A DNA stretch of 63,573 bases, filler included, from Octopus bimaculoides (GCF_001194135.2; 4 parts of 4 records of this genome joined end to end with filler, not necessarily neighbours in it); one strand, 5' to 3'; counted from the first letter of the whole stretch, positions 24,058 to 40,279 are shown. Notes: generated by a model from the sequence alone, not told the origin. Numbers and translations: made by a program.

Positions 24058-24381
24058 TGCACTCTGCAGGTTACCACAAGAAGCGTTCCAGTTGATCTGC
24101 TTAACGGAACAACCTGCACGCGACACTAACGTGCAAGCGGCTGAGTACTCCACAGACACGCATAGCCTTAACTTAGTTCTTAGTGATATTCAGCGTGAAA
24201 CAAAATGTAACATGGCCGACTCTTTGAAATACAGGTAATACTCACTTGCGCAAGCTCGGCGGACTAGTCATAGGGGAAGAAAAGGGTCTTTCTGAGGTTC
24301 AAAATGCGTCGCCGAGAATCGAACTCAGATGCTTACGATTGTGAGCCGGGTACCATAACCACTAAATCACAAGCCCTCACT
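24058..24381 (-). mobile_element. SINE family A, old diverged copy
   Basis: TTCCAGTTGATC, AACGTGCAAGCGGCTGAG, GATATTCAGCGTGA, GAGAATCGAACTC. Confidence 0.7.
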
Positions 24382-24916
24382 ATGACATATATACAAACGC
24401 CGAGAACGATGTCATGCTTACGCCTGCGCATTGATAGACAACTAATGACACCCATAGGGAGAAAAACGCAGTAACAATCCTATATTCGTAAACTAGATCG
24501 AAGTAACCTAAACGTGGTTCGACTTTCTAGAAGTATCAGCTAAATCACCCTAAATAGCAGGCTATTGTTTTACAAAGAAGTGCCTTACGTAATTCAAAAA
24601 TATGGCCACTCTTTGTTTGATCTACATCACATGACTCATTGACCAGAATTAATCCGGATCTCAAATTTTGACGTTGACATTAAGGCAAAACGAATGTTAG
24701 GCAGGGACGTCCATGCTGTCACGCAATATGCTAGAAATAGCAACCAAATATGTATATCCGCCAATAGGTATTTTCATTGCCAGTGAATGTCAGCAAGCAA
24801 TGAAATACTGTAAGCCGTCGCCACGTCGCGGTTCACCGATCACGGTTTATTATTTAAGCATATGTCGATTCCTCCGTGGCGTTGTTCTGCATTTCTAGTT
24901 AAATGAATATATACAA

Positions 24917-25542
<626 letters not shown>

Positions 25543-26009
25543 TAACAACATCTAGTAGAGTATTGTTTCTACTTCGTAGACTTCGGGGAGTTTCGGAACG
25601 TAACACCCGCGATAGTCGGGGGATTACTGTGTATTCAATGGCAAAACCGCAGCTCAGAATAACTTCATAGTAATAACATTAAATCTCTCTGTGGCTTTAT
25701 TAACCAAATGATATTCATTTATCTCTCTTGTAGACACAATATGCTTTAAGAAAAAGCATAACGGTAGATACCTTTATGTTATATGATTTCTTTCTGAGAT
25801 ACAGGTAGACGAAAAGACGCCACGCACGTTAAAGAATTTCTTGAGGCTATTTTTTAAATGAAGTATTTTTATTCATTAATTTCAATTTTTAATTTCGTGT
25901 TAATTTTCTGTATTTTTTTTATGCATAATTAATTTACGTTATTTTATTTCAGTCTAATCTCACATTATTCCGCCATTTATTACGCCATACAAAAATACAC
26001 ACACACACG

Positions 26010-26070
<61 letters not shown>

Positions 26071-27239
26071 NNNNNNNNNNNNNNNNNNNNNNNNNNNNNN
26101 NNNNNNNNNNNNNNNNNNNNNNNNNNNNNNNNNNNNNNNNNNNNNNNNNNNNNNNNNNNNNNNNNNNNNNNNNNNNNNNNNNNNNNNNNNNNNNNNNNNN
26201 NNNNNNNNNNNNNNNNNNNNNNNNNNNNNNNNNNNNNNNNNNNNNNNNNNNNNNNNNNNNNNNNNNNNNNNNNNNNNNNNNNNNNNNNNNNNNNNNNNNN
26301 NNNNNNNNNNNNNNNNNNNNNNNNNNNNNNNNNNNNNNNNNNNNNNNNNNNNNNNNNNNNNNNNNNNNNNNNNNNNNNNNNNNNNNNNNNNNNNNNNNNN
26401 NNATATATATGTATATATATATGTATATATATTGTACACACATACATATACATATAAGTATTGTTATATTCCATCCCGCATGTAAGTGTGTGTGTATGTG
26501 TCTGTGTGCATATGTGTGTGCATGTGCTATATGCATGTGCATGCGATCTCGTGCGTCTGTGCATTTCGCACTATCGTCGTACCTTTCATCTACTTCTTCA
26601 AATAATCTCTTTCTACTTTTTTGGCCGATAGGATTATAATAAATTTAATTAATCTTTTGATAACGTAGCCATTAATCCATAATATCAAGATCAAATGTTG
26701 GCAATTTTACCGGATATGTCTCAGTCAGGATCGTAGAAGTTTGAGTCTAACATGTTCGCAAAAACAGGGAAATCCTAAAGAAAAGAGCACACCGTTTATG
26801 TTGATATTAATAGGGAAATCGTGTTCAATTTTCTTTCCTAATCCTTTGGGTTGTCTTCATGAACTGCAGAACGCAATTATGAAATAAGGTAGGCATGTAG
26901 CGGTGAGACAATTTTGTATACTTATACTTTACAAGGACTGCCATTAAGTAAACGGTGTATACTTTATGCACAGCACGGCGCTAATAAGAAGACATGATGG
27001 AAAATTCAGTATAATCTGATTCATACCAAGTTGTTTATAACAGACATAAACTTATATATATATAGAGAGAATTTGAAGTATGTGACTTAAAGGTTCCCAG
27101 GCCACCAACTGGAAGCGGACTGTTTCAGCTCTTGAACTGCGGTCGGCAATCCAGTTCAAAGTGTGTTGAATAACGCGAGTAACTCCTACTAAATGTGTTG
27201 AGTTGAGTGCTCTTTACATGGTTGTCCACACACTGGGAA

Positions 27240-27301
<62 letters not shown>

Positions 27302-27489
27302 TTATATATCATGTTTGTAGGAATAACAATATTCGGAAATCTTGTATATTCTTCGACTCAAAGTATGGAATGTATCCTTGAGTCTGTTTATTCAGCATTA
27401 TGATGGTTCTTCAAGAGCTGCACTAAGTGTTTCGCAACCACTAAACCGACCAATTTAGACCATCAACACGGAAGTCAATTGTGAAGACG

Positions 27490-28430
27490 GAGGTGGAGGA
27501 AGAAGAAGAAAAGGAAGAAGACGAAGAAGAAGAAGTAGAAGACGAAGAAGAAGAAGTAGAAGACGAAGAAGAAGAAAAGGAGGAGGGGGAGGAGAAAGAG
27601 TAAAAGAGAGGAATATTGAAAGAGCACGAAGGCAACCTATTGCCTCTTCACCCAAACACTCCCCGTTGAGCAATTACCATTAATTATAAGGATATCAATT
27701 GATGTTTGGAAATGATACATCAATAGGAGCACGAGATATAGAGGTGGGAGATGAGGCTGATGGCGGTGGTGGTGGTGGTGGTGGTGGTGGTGGTGGNNNN
27801 NNNNNNNNNNNNNNNNNNNNNNNNNNNNNNNNNNNNNNNNNNNNNNNNNNNNNNNNNNNNNNNNNNNNNNNNNNNNNNNNNNNNNNNNNNNNNNNNNNNN
27901 NNNNNNNNNNNNNNNNNNNNNNNNNNNNNNNNNGTGGTGGGGATCGGTGGTGGTGATGTGATGGTGGTGGGTGTCACAGTAGTGGTGTTGGTGATGATGG
28001 CGTTTGTGTAGGATGAAGCGTTTGTGGTGACGATGAAAATAATAGTCATGGTGATGATGATGACAATGGTGGTGGTGGTCGTCGTGATGATGATGAAGAC
28101 GGTGATGATGATGAGGAGGCGGAGGGGAATAACGATGATAATAATGATAGTGATGATGATGATGTTGATGAGTAGGAGGAGGACGAGGGGGTAATGATGA
28201 TAATGATGATGGTGATGATGACAAGGTGTGATGATGCTGATGATGCTACTGCCGATGATGATGATGATTATTTTGATGACGGGGATGATGAGGATGGTGA
28301 TGATGTTGTAGTTGTTGGTGGTGGTGGTAGCGATGTCGATGACGACGTCTACGATGACGACGACAACGAAGAAGAAGAAGAAGAAGAAGAAGAAGAAGAA
28401 GAAGAAGAATGTTAGAATGTAAGAAAAACT
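27490..28430. repeat. Long compound trinucleotide low-complexity tract (GAA/GGT/GAT)
   Basis: Directly visible. Includes an N gap. Confidence 0.9.
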
Positions 28431-29300
28431 GATCATGAAGCAATAACACCAAAACTTAGAAACCACAACCACAACCAGAATCGCAAGATGATGAAAAGTA
28501 GAAGACGACGAAATTCAAAGGAAAAATTACCGAAACAAAAATCGGAAAATAGAAAATAAAATCAACACACCTCGGAGCGAGCTAAGAAAGTTTAAATGCC
28601 AAAGCTAGAACACGCCCAATAAAGATTAATCTAATTAATTAACTTTATTCCAATTGGCGGTTATGGGAGGGGAAAATAAGGGCGGCGTGTGTAGTGGGGT
28701 AGCATAGAACGTGGTAGACCTCCACAAGGAATTCAAGAAGCATTTGTAGCAATTTATCATTGACTTTGTTCTGCGCAATTAGCTTTTTTCGTGTATGTAA
28801 ATGACGTCGGTGAAGGTTGCGTGGGGGCTTTTGAAAATGACTGTATACATGTAAGAATGTGGTGAGGTTTGCCTATTAGAATGCATATGTGAGTTTATGA
28901 TGGCTGACATAAACGTGTGCATGAGTGTTGTGACTGAACGCGTTTGATTTTCTCGTTAGAATATTGGGCACACGATCGCAAAAGAGTAGGTTCGATTTGT
29001 GGACAAACTGTCGCAGTGGCGCAGAGCAAGTGACGGTTAGCCATATACATGTCTATAAATGTATACACAGTTGTATACATATGAATATTCATCTTTTTGT
29101 TTTTCTATTTTCCTTCTCATTTTTTTTTTATAGGTCAAGGTTATCTTATGAAATACGCAGACATACATTTTCAGTTAAACCAAAATATGAAAGCATTTGT
29201 TATATGAAAATGTGATTTTGTACGGATATTATCATTCATGTGAATTCATAAACCAACTCAATATATCCCTTTACTTTAAAAAGTTAAAGATGCTTTCATT

Positions 29301-29370
<70 letters not shown>

Positions 29371-30157
29371 GTATGTATATATATGAATGAAAGTAATTCT
29401 AAAGCCAACACACCCATGTGTTAAATTCATTTTCCATTTATATTTTCAATTGTCAATCCTTTATCGTTGCACAATTAACACAGATTCACAATGTGGCCGA
29501 GTGAGTAGGTCACAGGGATACAATAGAAATTTTGAAGCTTCAAGCATTAATAGAAAATTGAATTTTACAGCTTTTTTTGTTCTTCTACTTTATTTCGTGT
29601 AAATGTGCTGATGGTATAATTGCTTGTATTTGATGAATTCTTAGAGCTATTCATTTAATTGTCCAATACAACAACGAAAAATGTTATATTTTAAAAAAGT
29701 ATTAGATGATGCTAGAAAATATATTAATTATATAGAAGGAATTATATATAGAATTAATTATATATTAATTATATATTAATTATATATTAATTATATAGAA
29801 GGATTTTTTAACAAATATGCGTGTGATACTTTAGTTTACTTTTGCAGACCTCTTGATTTAATGCAATTCACACACTCATCAGCAGTGGAAAAGAAATTTC
29901 TTGCCCTCCAGCATTGAGATTACTCTGTCAAATATAAGGCTTATTTTATATAGTGTTTCGAAGTAATCATGAATTATCTCGTAGTTTTGAGATTCCAACG
30001 ATGTAATGGCTTATTTTTAAAATGCCACTGTAGAGCAGGCGTGAAGACCCAGATCAGATCAGTCAGAACACAAATCTCAGGACAGGAAGATTACTTGGGA
30101 CATATATAGCTAGATAAAATGCTAATTATTAAATAACCTTCTTTACATAAAAATTCT

Positions 30158-30314
30158 GCAGGAGTGGTTGTGTGGTAAGTAACTTGCTTAACAACCACAT
30201 GGTTCCTGGTTCAGTCCAACTGCGTGGCACCTTGGGCAAGTGTTTTCTACTATAGTCTCGGGCCGTCTAAAGCCTTGTGAGTGATTTTTGGTAGATGGAA
30301 ACTGAAAGAAGACG

Positions 30315-30320
<6 letters not shown>
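30158..30320 (+). mobile_element. SINE family B, 5' half (rest in gap)
   Basis: GCAGGAGTGGTTGTGTGGTAAG..GGTTCAGTCC..GGCACCTTGGGCAAGTG. Confidence 0.85.
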
Positions 30321-30345
<25 letters not shown>

Positions 30346-31934
30346 NNNNNNNNNNNNNNNNNNNNNNNNNNNNNNNNNNNNNNNNNNNNNNNNNNNNNNN
30401 NNNNNNNNNNNNNNNNNNNNNNNNNNNNNNNNNNNNNNNNNNNNNNNNNNNNNNNNNNNNNNNNNNNNNNNNNNNNNNNNNNNNNNNNNNNNNNNNNNNN
30501 NNNNNNNNNNNNNNNNNNNNNNNNNNNNNNNNNNNNNNNNNNNNNNNNNNNNNNNNNNNNNNNNNNNNNNNNNNNNNNNNNNNNNNNNNNNNNNNNNNNN
30601 NNNNNNNNNNNNNNNNNNNNNNNNNNNNNNNNNNNNNNNNNNNNNNNNNNNNNNNNNNNNNNNNNNNNNNNNNNNNNNNNNNNNNNTATACTTCGTAGTG
30701 TATTATGGTGGCAGACCAGATGCTGTGTCCTTCTTAGAAATTAATTATTAGACTTAATACCACTAGGTGGCTTGCGGTTATATGCTGCTGAGAAGAGCTA
30801 TGGAAAATTTTGGTATTTTCTTTTATATATTCTCACTTGACATACGACTAGCTGTGATCAATGTTACAGAGTAAACATGAAAGACAAAGAAAGTGAGAAC
30901 ATATTTTTTTAATTAGTAAAATTAAACTTGAACAGAGATGAGTCTTAAAAAAAAACGTAAAACAAAATATTCTCCATATATATGTGTGAGTGTGCGTGTG
31001 GATATGCGTGTGTATAATCATGTATGTATGCATGTCTGTATATGAACATCTATAGGTACGTATATGTACGTGTGTATAGACGTATATATACATCTCTATA
31101 AGTATGCCAACATGAACACAGCCATAAATAAAGGCACAATCACGTATCTTATAGATGTTTACACTCATGCCTACATGGGTATGTGGATGTTTGCGTGTGT
31201 GTGTGTGTGTGCGGTAATTTTGGCATACAAGATAATATCTACTACATCTCACATAAATAAAAACTAGTGCCAAATACTTTCTCCCTCTCTCCATCTTCCC
31301 ACAACATATATTTGTCAGTCTCTATAACTGCCCAGTGCATTTCTTTAGTCATCAATAAAGTTGTACAATAAGAAGAAGAAGAAGAAGAAGATATAATGAC
31401 GATGGTGATGAAGATGATGANNNNNNNNNNNNNNNNNNNNNNNNNNNNNNNNNNNNNNNNNNNNNNNNNNNNNNNNNNNNNNNNNNNNNNNNNNNNNNNN
31501 NNNNNNNNNNNNNNNNNNNNNNNNNNNNNNNNNNNNNNNNNNNNNNNNNNNNNNNNNNNNNNNNNNNNNNNNNNNNNNNNNNNNNNNNNNNNNNNNNNNN
31601 NNNNNNNNNNNNNNNNNNNNNNNNNNNNNNNNNNNNNNNNNNNNNNNNNNNNNNNNNNNNNNNNNNNNNNNNNNNNNNNNNNNNNNNNNNNNNNNNNNNN
31701 NNNNNNNNNNNNNNNNNNNNNNNNNNNNNNNNNNNNNNNNNNNNNNNNNNNNNNNNNNNNNNNNNNNNATATATTTGTCAGTCTCTATAACTGCCCAGTG
31801 CATTTCTTTAGTCATCAATAAAGTTGTACAATAAGAAGAAGAAGAAGAAGAAGAAGAAGATATAATGACGATGGTGATGAAGATAATGATGATGATAGTT
31901 TTTCCAAGGAATCGCTCTTCTTTTTCCAAATGAT

Positions 31935-32118
31935 TGCTTGAAAAAAGCTATAGCGAAATGGAAAACGGAACTGACAGCATACGAAGAAGTTTAGGGACAA
32001 TAGAAATCAGGCGAGGCATCTTCCAAGGGGACTGCCTGGTCCTACTAATCTTTGTACTGTGCATGATCCCACTAACACTGACTCTGAGGTAAGCAAAAGT
32101 TGGGTGTGTATTTAACAT
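31935..32118 (+). mobile_element. Reverse-transcriptase fragment of an R4/Dong-like element
   Basis: LGTIEIRRGIFQGDCLVLLIFVLCMIPLTLTLR contains the RT motif RGIFQGD. In-frame stop follows. Confidence 0.8.
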
Positions 32119-32312
32119 TTAGGGAGTTTCGAGGAAAACTGGAGCGGAATAACCATTAAACGGTAAATGTAAACTTTAAAATTTGACGTTTGTTCTAAGA
32201 CGTATGTGCATTCCTCTTTATAGATGTATGAGTGTGTTTGAGTGGGGTGCACGCGCGCGTTGATGTGTGTGTATGTGTGTATTGGCGTATGTGTAGGTGA
32301 ATGTGTGTGTGT

Positions 32313-32690
32313 CGGCACTCTGTCGCTTACGACGTCAAGGGTTTCAATTGATCCGATCAACGAAACAGCCTGCTCGTGAAATTAACGTGCAAGTGGCTGA
32401 ACACTCCACAGACACGTGTACCCTTAACGTAGTTCTCGGGGATATTCAGCGTGACACAGTGTGACAAGGCTGACCCTTTGAATTACAGGCACAACAGAAA
32501 CAGGAAGTAAGAGTGAGAGAAAGTTGTGGTGAAAGAGTACAGCAGGCTTCGTCACCATCCCCTGCCGGAGCCTCGTGGAGCTTTAGGTGTTTTCGCTCAA
32601 TAAACACTCACAACGCCCTGTCAGGGAATCGAAACCGCGATCCTATGACCGCGAGACCGCTTCCTAACCACTGGGCCATTGCGCCTCCAC
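32313..32690 (-). mobile_element. SINE family A, full length
   Basis: Collinear with 11801-12189. Confidence 0.9.
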
Positions 32691-32974
32691 GATACATACA
32701 TAAACACATATATACATACACAGACACGCACTGTCATTTGCATATAATTGCTACGGTGCAATTAAAAGCGATGACATTCCAATATAATATACAAGTAAAT
32801 ACATTATATCTCCAGAGTCGATATCCGTCAATTAAAGAAACATTTCACGTTACAAAACTACGGCTGTTTGAACACATTTTAAATGTAATAAAAACACTAA
32901 TTGAGCTGCGGGCAAACATTATTTCTTTGAGATATACGTGGACGTGTGTGTGTATATATATGTATGTACACACG

Positions 32975-33023
<49 letters not shown>

Positions 33024-33379
33024 TACTAAGTATACTATACTAAGTACCAGTTGAGTACTGGGGTCGATGCAATAGACCAGTCCCCGCCCTAAAAATTTCA
33101 GGCCTTGTGCATTTGATAAAAAAGATCATCAATATTATTTTTATCATTATGATTATTATTATTAGTAGTATCATTATTATTATTATTGCTGTTGTTGCTG
33201 TTGTAATCATCATCATCATCATCATTATTATTATTATTATTATTATTATCGGTGTTGGTGCCGTCAACATTATTTATAGAATGTCTATTTCTTTAAAGAA
33301 TCGCGGAAAGTTTTTCATAAACATGAACTGGCAACATGTGCAGTCCACGCCAAAACGTCAACACGATGGGCGGTACACA

Positions 33380-33433
<54 letters not shown>

Positions 33434-33804
33434 TATATGCACAACCACACGCACACACAAACACAAAACGATCACACGTTTACTGTCGTAGTACCACTGT
33501 CCACGACCACCTGTACCATGGCCACAACAACAGCAACTTCAACTAGCCAGACTATTATCTCGCCACATAACGTATCCAACTGCATCAACAGACGTCGGCA
33601 ACCATGCAGAGTGACAGAAGATACATCAGAACAATGACCACTTCGAAACTGCCACCAATATTATGCATTAAACGTCCACTCATGGACACATATAGACATA
33701 TACGGGCAACCATTTATACATCTCAATATCTAAATATATATATTACAGCATATATGTGTGGTGTGAGTGTCCTATCTCTTCTTCCTACTCCCACTATCAT
33801 GGTG

Positions 33805-33839
<35 letters not shown>

Positions 33840-34005
33840 TCACACACACACATATATATACATATATATATGTACGTATGCATGCATGTATGTGTGTTTC
33901 TGACAGTACATACATCTAAACTTGCGTCTATTTTATAGATACGCACAAATACATATATAATTGTATATATATGTATACAGATACATATATGTATGTATGT
34001 ACGTA

Positions 34006-34043
<38 letters not shown>

Positions 34044-34053
34044 NNNNNNNNNN

Positions 34054-34087
<34 letters not shown>

Positions 34088-35568
34088 TGCATATATTTAT
34101 ATACACACATGCATACAAATGCATATATACATACACGTATATATATGCATACATATATATAAATATATATATAGAAATACACAAATGCCGCATACTAATT
34201 CTAAGCAACATGTTCCGTTACGAACCGTTTAATTGACCGATTCACTGAGTCCCAAAATTTAATAACTACACACGCACACACACACACAACACACACACAG
34301 TGTATAAATATGTGCATATGTACGTGTGTGCGCCTGTTCGTGTTATGTGTGTATTGTGTGTGTGCCTGTGTGCGCGATACATGTGTGTGTCTATGTAGGT
34401 AACATACGTACATATTAACCCGAATGTAGCTCTTTTATTTGAGAGACGCTTTTGGTAGTTTGACCATATAACCATTTCGCCTTTGCAATGTTTTGCACTA
34501 AAACTTTCCAAATGTTGGCTTTTATGCAGATGCAACTTTAAAGGAAGGCGAAAAATTCTCAACGAAAAACATAAAACTAAATCGACAAATACAGTAGAGA
34601 AATAGAAGATATAGTTAATCTCCATATTGGAAAATTGAAGTCAAGAATAAAAAAGGCAAGCACCATTTACTGGGTGTCTATAGTTCCCGGTTTGTTGGCT
34701 GCAAAGTCATTGCTGATGTAGAAAATAATCTGATCAAAACGGTGTGGAAGACAGGAGATAAATTATATATACATACATGAATATACATCCACACGTATTC
34801 GCCTGTACAGAAGTTTCTGGACAGGAGCCGCCACGACGACGACGACGACGGTAACGACGACGAACATCAGAACCTCCACCACCACCACTACCACTACCAC
34901 CACCATCAACAACAATAACAACAACAACAACGTCGCCATCAGCGAATAAAAACATCGCTAACTTTATCGCAACGTCTCACAATCATGCGTTCGCATAAGC
35001 ATTATGTGATGCACGTATAAGGAGATATCCGAAAGGAAGCAAACTTACTCTGACTTTCTCTCACTCCCTCCCTCTATCCCTCTCTCTCTCTATCTCTATC
35101 TCACTGTGTTTAATCATCTCTCTCCTTCTCTCTCACACTCATCCTGATACGCACATATTGACACATTCTTAACCGATCTATGTATCTGTCAGCATATTTC
35201 TTATACACCGTCCGTTGTACCTAAGCAATGATATCTTTCTACCTATAGACTTACGTATCTGTTTTTCTGTCTTATAATCTCTTTCTATACACGTACCTGT
35301 CTGCGCATCTCCTTATCTTCTCGCATAATGCATCGTTTCTTTTACATCGTCTCGCTTCTTTCCTTTAGATGAAGATATGTGTATGCGCGTGTGTTCACAG
35401 GCGCGAACACACCACACACATGCACATGCCCTCACAAACACACACACGTACGCACATGTATATAAACGTATATACAGATGAGTGGATAAATATCAGAAAA
35501 AGCGATAAAGGCTCTCAACACATTTACTAGGCGATGCATGGTCAGAACATGATCGAACCGGTTTCTTG

Positions 35569-35603
<35 letters not shown>

Positions 35604-35929
35604 TTAGGAGCCTGCGAAACTTTAACTATACATATTTATCATAAGGATACGCGAAGTGCCGACCTGCTAGAAAGTGGTGTTAAAACTCTCAGCAAAACCA
35701 CAAACAATACTGAAAATTTCAACGGTTGACAACAGAAGTCGGGCGAACGGGTAAAGAATTTAGACATACCATCACAGTTAAATGCAATTATAGTTTGGCA
35801 CCCGTAATATTTCGCTACCTAACTTATCCCATTATGTGTGACGCACACATAATAATCAGTGGAGTTGTAGTCTGGGAAGTTAGGGGCCGAAATATTAGGG
35901 ATGATGTGCTCGCAGAAATTGTCTGAGAG

Positions 35930-36206
35930 TCATTATTGGGTTCTCCTGCTTGTGTGGCATGGTTGAGCGAGAGACCAACAAAACTCCTTTTAACACCAAA
36001 GATAAGCTGAAGGTTAATACTAAGGCAGCATTCGCCAATTTAAACATGGAGACGCGCCAGAAGAGTTGCAGGAGATTCCTAAGTCGTCTGGAGGCCATGG
36101 TTGAAGCCAATGGCGATTTTATTGAATACATTTACTCAGTAATATTTCAATAAAATGAGATGTCAGTGGCATTTAACTATTGCGTAATTTACACCGCACC
36201 CTGTGT
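35930..36206 (+). mobile_element. Tc1/mariner-superfamily transposase C-terminal remnant plus probable right end
   Basis: CGMVERETNKTPFNTKDKLK..AAFANLN..KSCRRFLSRLEAMVEANGDFIE matches the helix region after the SPDLNP motif. Ends CACCCTGTGTA. Confidence 0.75.
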
Positions 36207-36450
36207 ATTATATGTATTAATTAATAATTTTTTTGGTAGAAAGTTTACCGCGCAGCGAACATTGCATAGCGGCATATGTTCTAATACATTTCTGAGTGGA
36301 AATAGCGCCGAATTCGACTTGGCCTATCATTTTACTAAGTCAATATAATAAATAACAGTTGAACACTACGATCGATGTTACCGATGTAAATACTTCCCCG
36401 AAACTGATAGTCTTGTGCCAAAATTTAGAACCAATATATAAGCGATATAT

Positions 36451-36873
36451 AAGGCGCCGAGCTGGCAGAAACGTTAGCACGCCGAGCGAAATGTTAGCGG
36501 TATTTCGTCTGCCGCTACGTTCTGAGTTCAAATTCCGCTGAGGTCGACTTTGCCTTTCATCCTTTCAGGGTCGATATATTAAGTACCAGTTGCGCACTGC
36601 GGTCGATGTCATTTACTAAATTCCTTTGTTTGTCCCCTCTATGTTTAGCCCCTTGTGGGCAATAAAGAAATAAGAAACGTTAGCACGCCGGGCGGAATGC
36701 TTAGCGGTATTTCGTCTGTCTTTACGTTCTGAGTTCAAATTCTGCCAAAGTTGACTTTGCCTTTCATCCTTTCGGGGTCGATAAACTAAGTACCAGTTGC
36801 GTAATAGGGTCGATCTAATCGACTCCCCACTCTCAAAAAATCTCGGGCCTTGTGCCTAGAGTAGAAAAGAATA
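36451..36873 (+). mobile_element. Dimeric SINE family C, full dimer
   Basis: AAGGCGCCGAGCTGGCAGAA unit, linker, second unit, GCCTAGAGTAGAAAAGAATA end. Confidence 0.9.
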
Positions 36874-37295
36874 TATGACCGATATATTTTAGATTTATTT
36901 TCTGAGAATAATGACTTTGTTGTTCGCAAGAAATGTCTTTTTGAGGTAGTTGCCATACAAATCGTAGCCATCTTTTTCAAACTGTACTTTTTTTTTCTTT
37001 AGTTAGACAGAAAAATATAAATGTTATGTTTCTGTTTTTTTTTTATAGAAACGTAACCGTGTAGTCTAGACTCAGTATATAGTAAAAGTTCCAAAATATT
37101 CAATAATAATACCTGTTGGAAATAAGATCTAAATTCAAAATTATTTCCTTCAGGGTTAAACTCGAAAAACACCGAGTTTTGGGAATAATTGTTTTTGTTT
37201 TCTCTCTCCGTCTAAACAGAATCAGTGGCAAATAACATTACTACTATTCTGCTAATACTACTACTACCATCACCACCACCTCCATGCCACCACCA

Positions 37296-37457
37296 AGAAC
37301 ACTACTACTACTACTACTTCTACTACTGCTGCTGCTGCTACTACTACTACTACTACTTCTACTACTACTACTACTTCTACTACTACTGCTGCTACTACTA
37401 CTGCTGCTACTACTACTACTTCTACTACTACTGCTGCTACTACTACTACTACTACTA
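37296..37457. repeat. (CTA/CTG/CTT)n microsatellite
   Basis: Directly visible. Produces the poly-L and poly-Y ORFs. Confidence 0.95.
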
Positions 37458-37610
37458 GAAATAGTAGAAGTAGTAGTAATAATAATAATGATTCAAATAA
37501 AAATTATGACAATAAAAATAACATATACACATATATATATACATACACGTATATACGTATATATATACGTATATATATATATATATATACATATATACGT
37601 ATATATATAC

Positions 37611-37642
<32 letters not shown>

Positions 37643-37927
37643 NNNNNNNNNNNNNNNNNNNNNNNNNNNNNNNNNNNNNNNNNNNNNNNNNNNNNNNNNN
37701 NNNNNNNNNNNNNNNNNNNNNNNNNNNNNNNNNNNNNNNNNNNNNNNNNNNNNNNNNNNNNNNNNNNNNNNNNNNNNNNNNNNNNNNNNNNNNNNNNNNN
37801 NNNNNTATATATACATATATACGTATATATATACGTATATATATATATATATATGCACACACACATATATATATATACATGTATATATACATATACACGT
37901 ATATATATATATATATACATATATATG

Positions 37928-37987
<60 letters not shown>

Positions 37988-38049
37988 TATACACTATGTT
38001 TGTATGTATGCTATTATCATGATATATTTAGTGATACTAATTATAATTA

Positions 38050-38080
<31 letters not shown>

Positions 38081-38784
38081 TTCATGTGTTGGCCACCAGG
38101 GCCAAGAAGAAGAAGAAGAAGAAGAAGAAGAAGAAGAACGACAACAACAACAACTACTACTACTACCACTGCCACTACAACTTCACCAGCAGCAACCATG
38201 GTACCGAACATATACACAAGTGCAGGAATATAGAGGACAATATCACTTTTATTTATTTTAACAAGATATTCATTATTTGTTATTACAATTTTTCTATATT
38301 TTTTATTTCTTGTTGTTGATATTTTTCTTGTCGATATTGTTCTTGTTGTTGTTGTTCTTGTTGATGCTTTCTATTTTGGTTCCTCGGAAGATTCGTGAAA
38401 ATAGTTATATAACGACTATATTGAATTATCCGGACACCAACGTAGACAGGGAGACATTTTGCTTTATGGTATTCTAGTTGTAAAAATAACATTTTATGTC
38501 TGGCAAAACTGGTCTTATATTTATGTAATTTACAAATCGTCTTTCTTTTGTTATTCTTGTTGTTATTGTTGTTGTTTGTGTTATTGTTTATTATTGTTTT
38601 GAATGTGCTTGATGTTGTAGCTGCTTCTGGTGCAGTCTGTATGTGTTCTTAAGCTTAATATTTCTTGTGTTCGTTAATTTTTGTTTCGTTTCTTTAAACA
38701 CGTTCTGGTTTTTGTCATTGCACCTCTCTTCCCCCCCGCAGTGATCTCACTCTTTAGCATATAGACATTCATACATCCATACAC

Positions 38785-38827
<43 letters not shown>

Positions 38828-38959
38828 NNNNNNNNNNNNNNNNNNNNNNNNNNNNNNNNNNNNNNNNNNNNNNNNNNNNNNNNNNNNNNNNNNNNNNNNN
38901 NNNNNNNNNNNNNNNNNNNNNNNNNNNNNNNNNNNNNNNNNNNNNNNNNNNNNNNNNNN

Positions 38960-39016
<57 letters not shown>

Positions 39017-40223
39017 TAGATAGATAGATAGATAGAATATATATGCACACACAATCATACACACATATATATACATATATACGCACAGATATATGTATAT
39101 ACTCAAACAGAAATACATATGTATACACAGGTGGTATGCATATACATATACATGTATAAATACACACACACACACATATGTGTATTTGTTTGTGTACGCA
39201 TATATGCAATGTAGCGGTAATAAATTGTATAGCCGTAACATAAAACATTCCGTTTTGGAGAAAGCACATATTAAAATTTCGTGTTGAGTAATTTTACTTC
39301 CCTCTAATAGAAAAATAATCAAATTTATCTGTACATTAGCTATAGTTCTACAATATATAATTTTAAAGCGTTACACATAAGGAAAGTTAAACTTTGAGTA
39401 CGTTTGTGTAGGTTGAATTACATATATTCAGTAGAGAATGTATCAATTTAAGCTATTAGAAAAGTTATTTACAGACATCAGTTTGGATTCCTAAAATGTT
39501 GAGGTATACGAAATTTACACTATAGTTTCTATGGCTTGTACATCTCCCATACAATTTTCGGAGAAACCAAGGCACTTTTTCGATATTGCGTGCTTTTAGC
39601 AAAGCTTAAAAATATTTTTTTGCTTCACGTTCGAAATATCGATTCGACCTTGGTACAGTTCAAATTCAACTATTTTCTTGTTTTTCCTTCATTACACTGT
39701 CTCATCTTCTCTTGTTTCCATCAACATAAAAACTTCACTTGCCAGGATTCGATCTCTCCTGAATTAGATAACTTTAAAATAACTTTTCATCTCTCAACCT
39801 TCACGTTTTTATGTAAGTTTGGTAATGGTTTGAAATCTCAGAAATGATTGTTGGCTCCAAATCAAATATATTTTTGTTTATTGGCACCAAATGAATAATG
39901 GTATAGCATCGTAAAATTTAAAAATTACATATATTAAAAGATTTCAAAATTTATTTTGAAGTTTTCGTAACCACGACATTTTCATTGTCCTGTCAGTCGA
40001 ACTGTGATTGATTCACACGAATAATGTTTATATTAAACATGGTATTCTCTTTAGAATAAGAGCCAGGCATGTAAATAAACAATTCATAGATTAAAGAATA
40101 TCACCAAATTTGCTAATCCTTTTTATAAAATTGTAGAAACTATCAGGAAGTGAAAAGGTCTTTAACGTTACGAGCCTACGCTCTTCCACAGAAATGGAAC
40201 GCATTATATATATATATATATAC

Positions 40224-40260
<37 letters not shown>

Positions 40261-40279
40261 TAAATAGATAGATAGATAG

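Noticed and set aside
27637-28472. Poly-His, poly-Thr and poly-Asp/Glu ORFs
   Set aside because: Translations of trinucleotide microsatellites, open on both strands, with no splice or domain support.
31306-31890. ~115-bp direct repeat on both sides of an N gap
   Set aside because: Typical unmerged contig-end overlap. It cannot be called a real duplication without reads.
37225-39322. Poly-Leu, poly-Tyr and YIYI ORFs
   Set aside because: (CTA)n and (TA)n repeats plus gaps.
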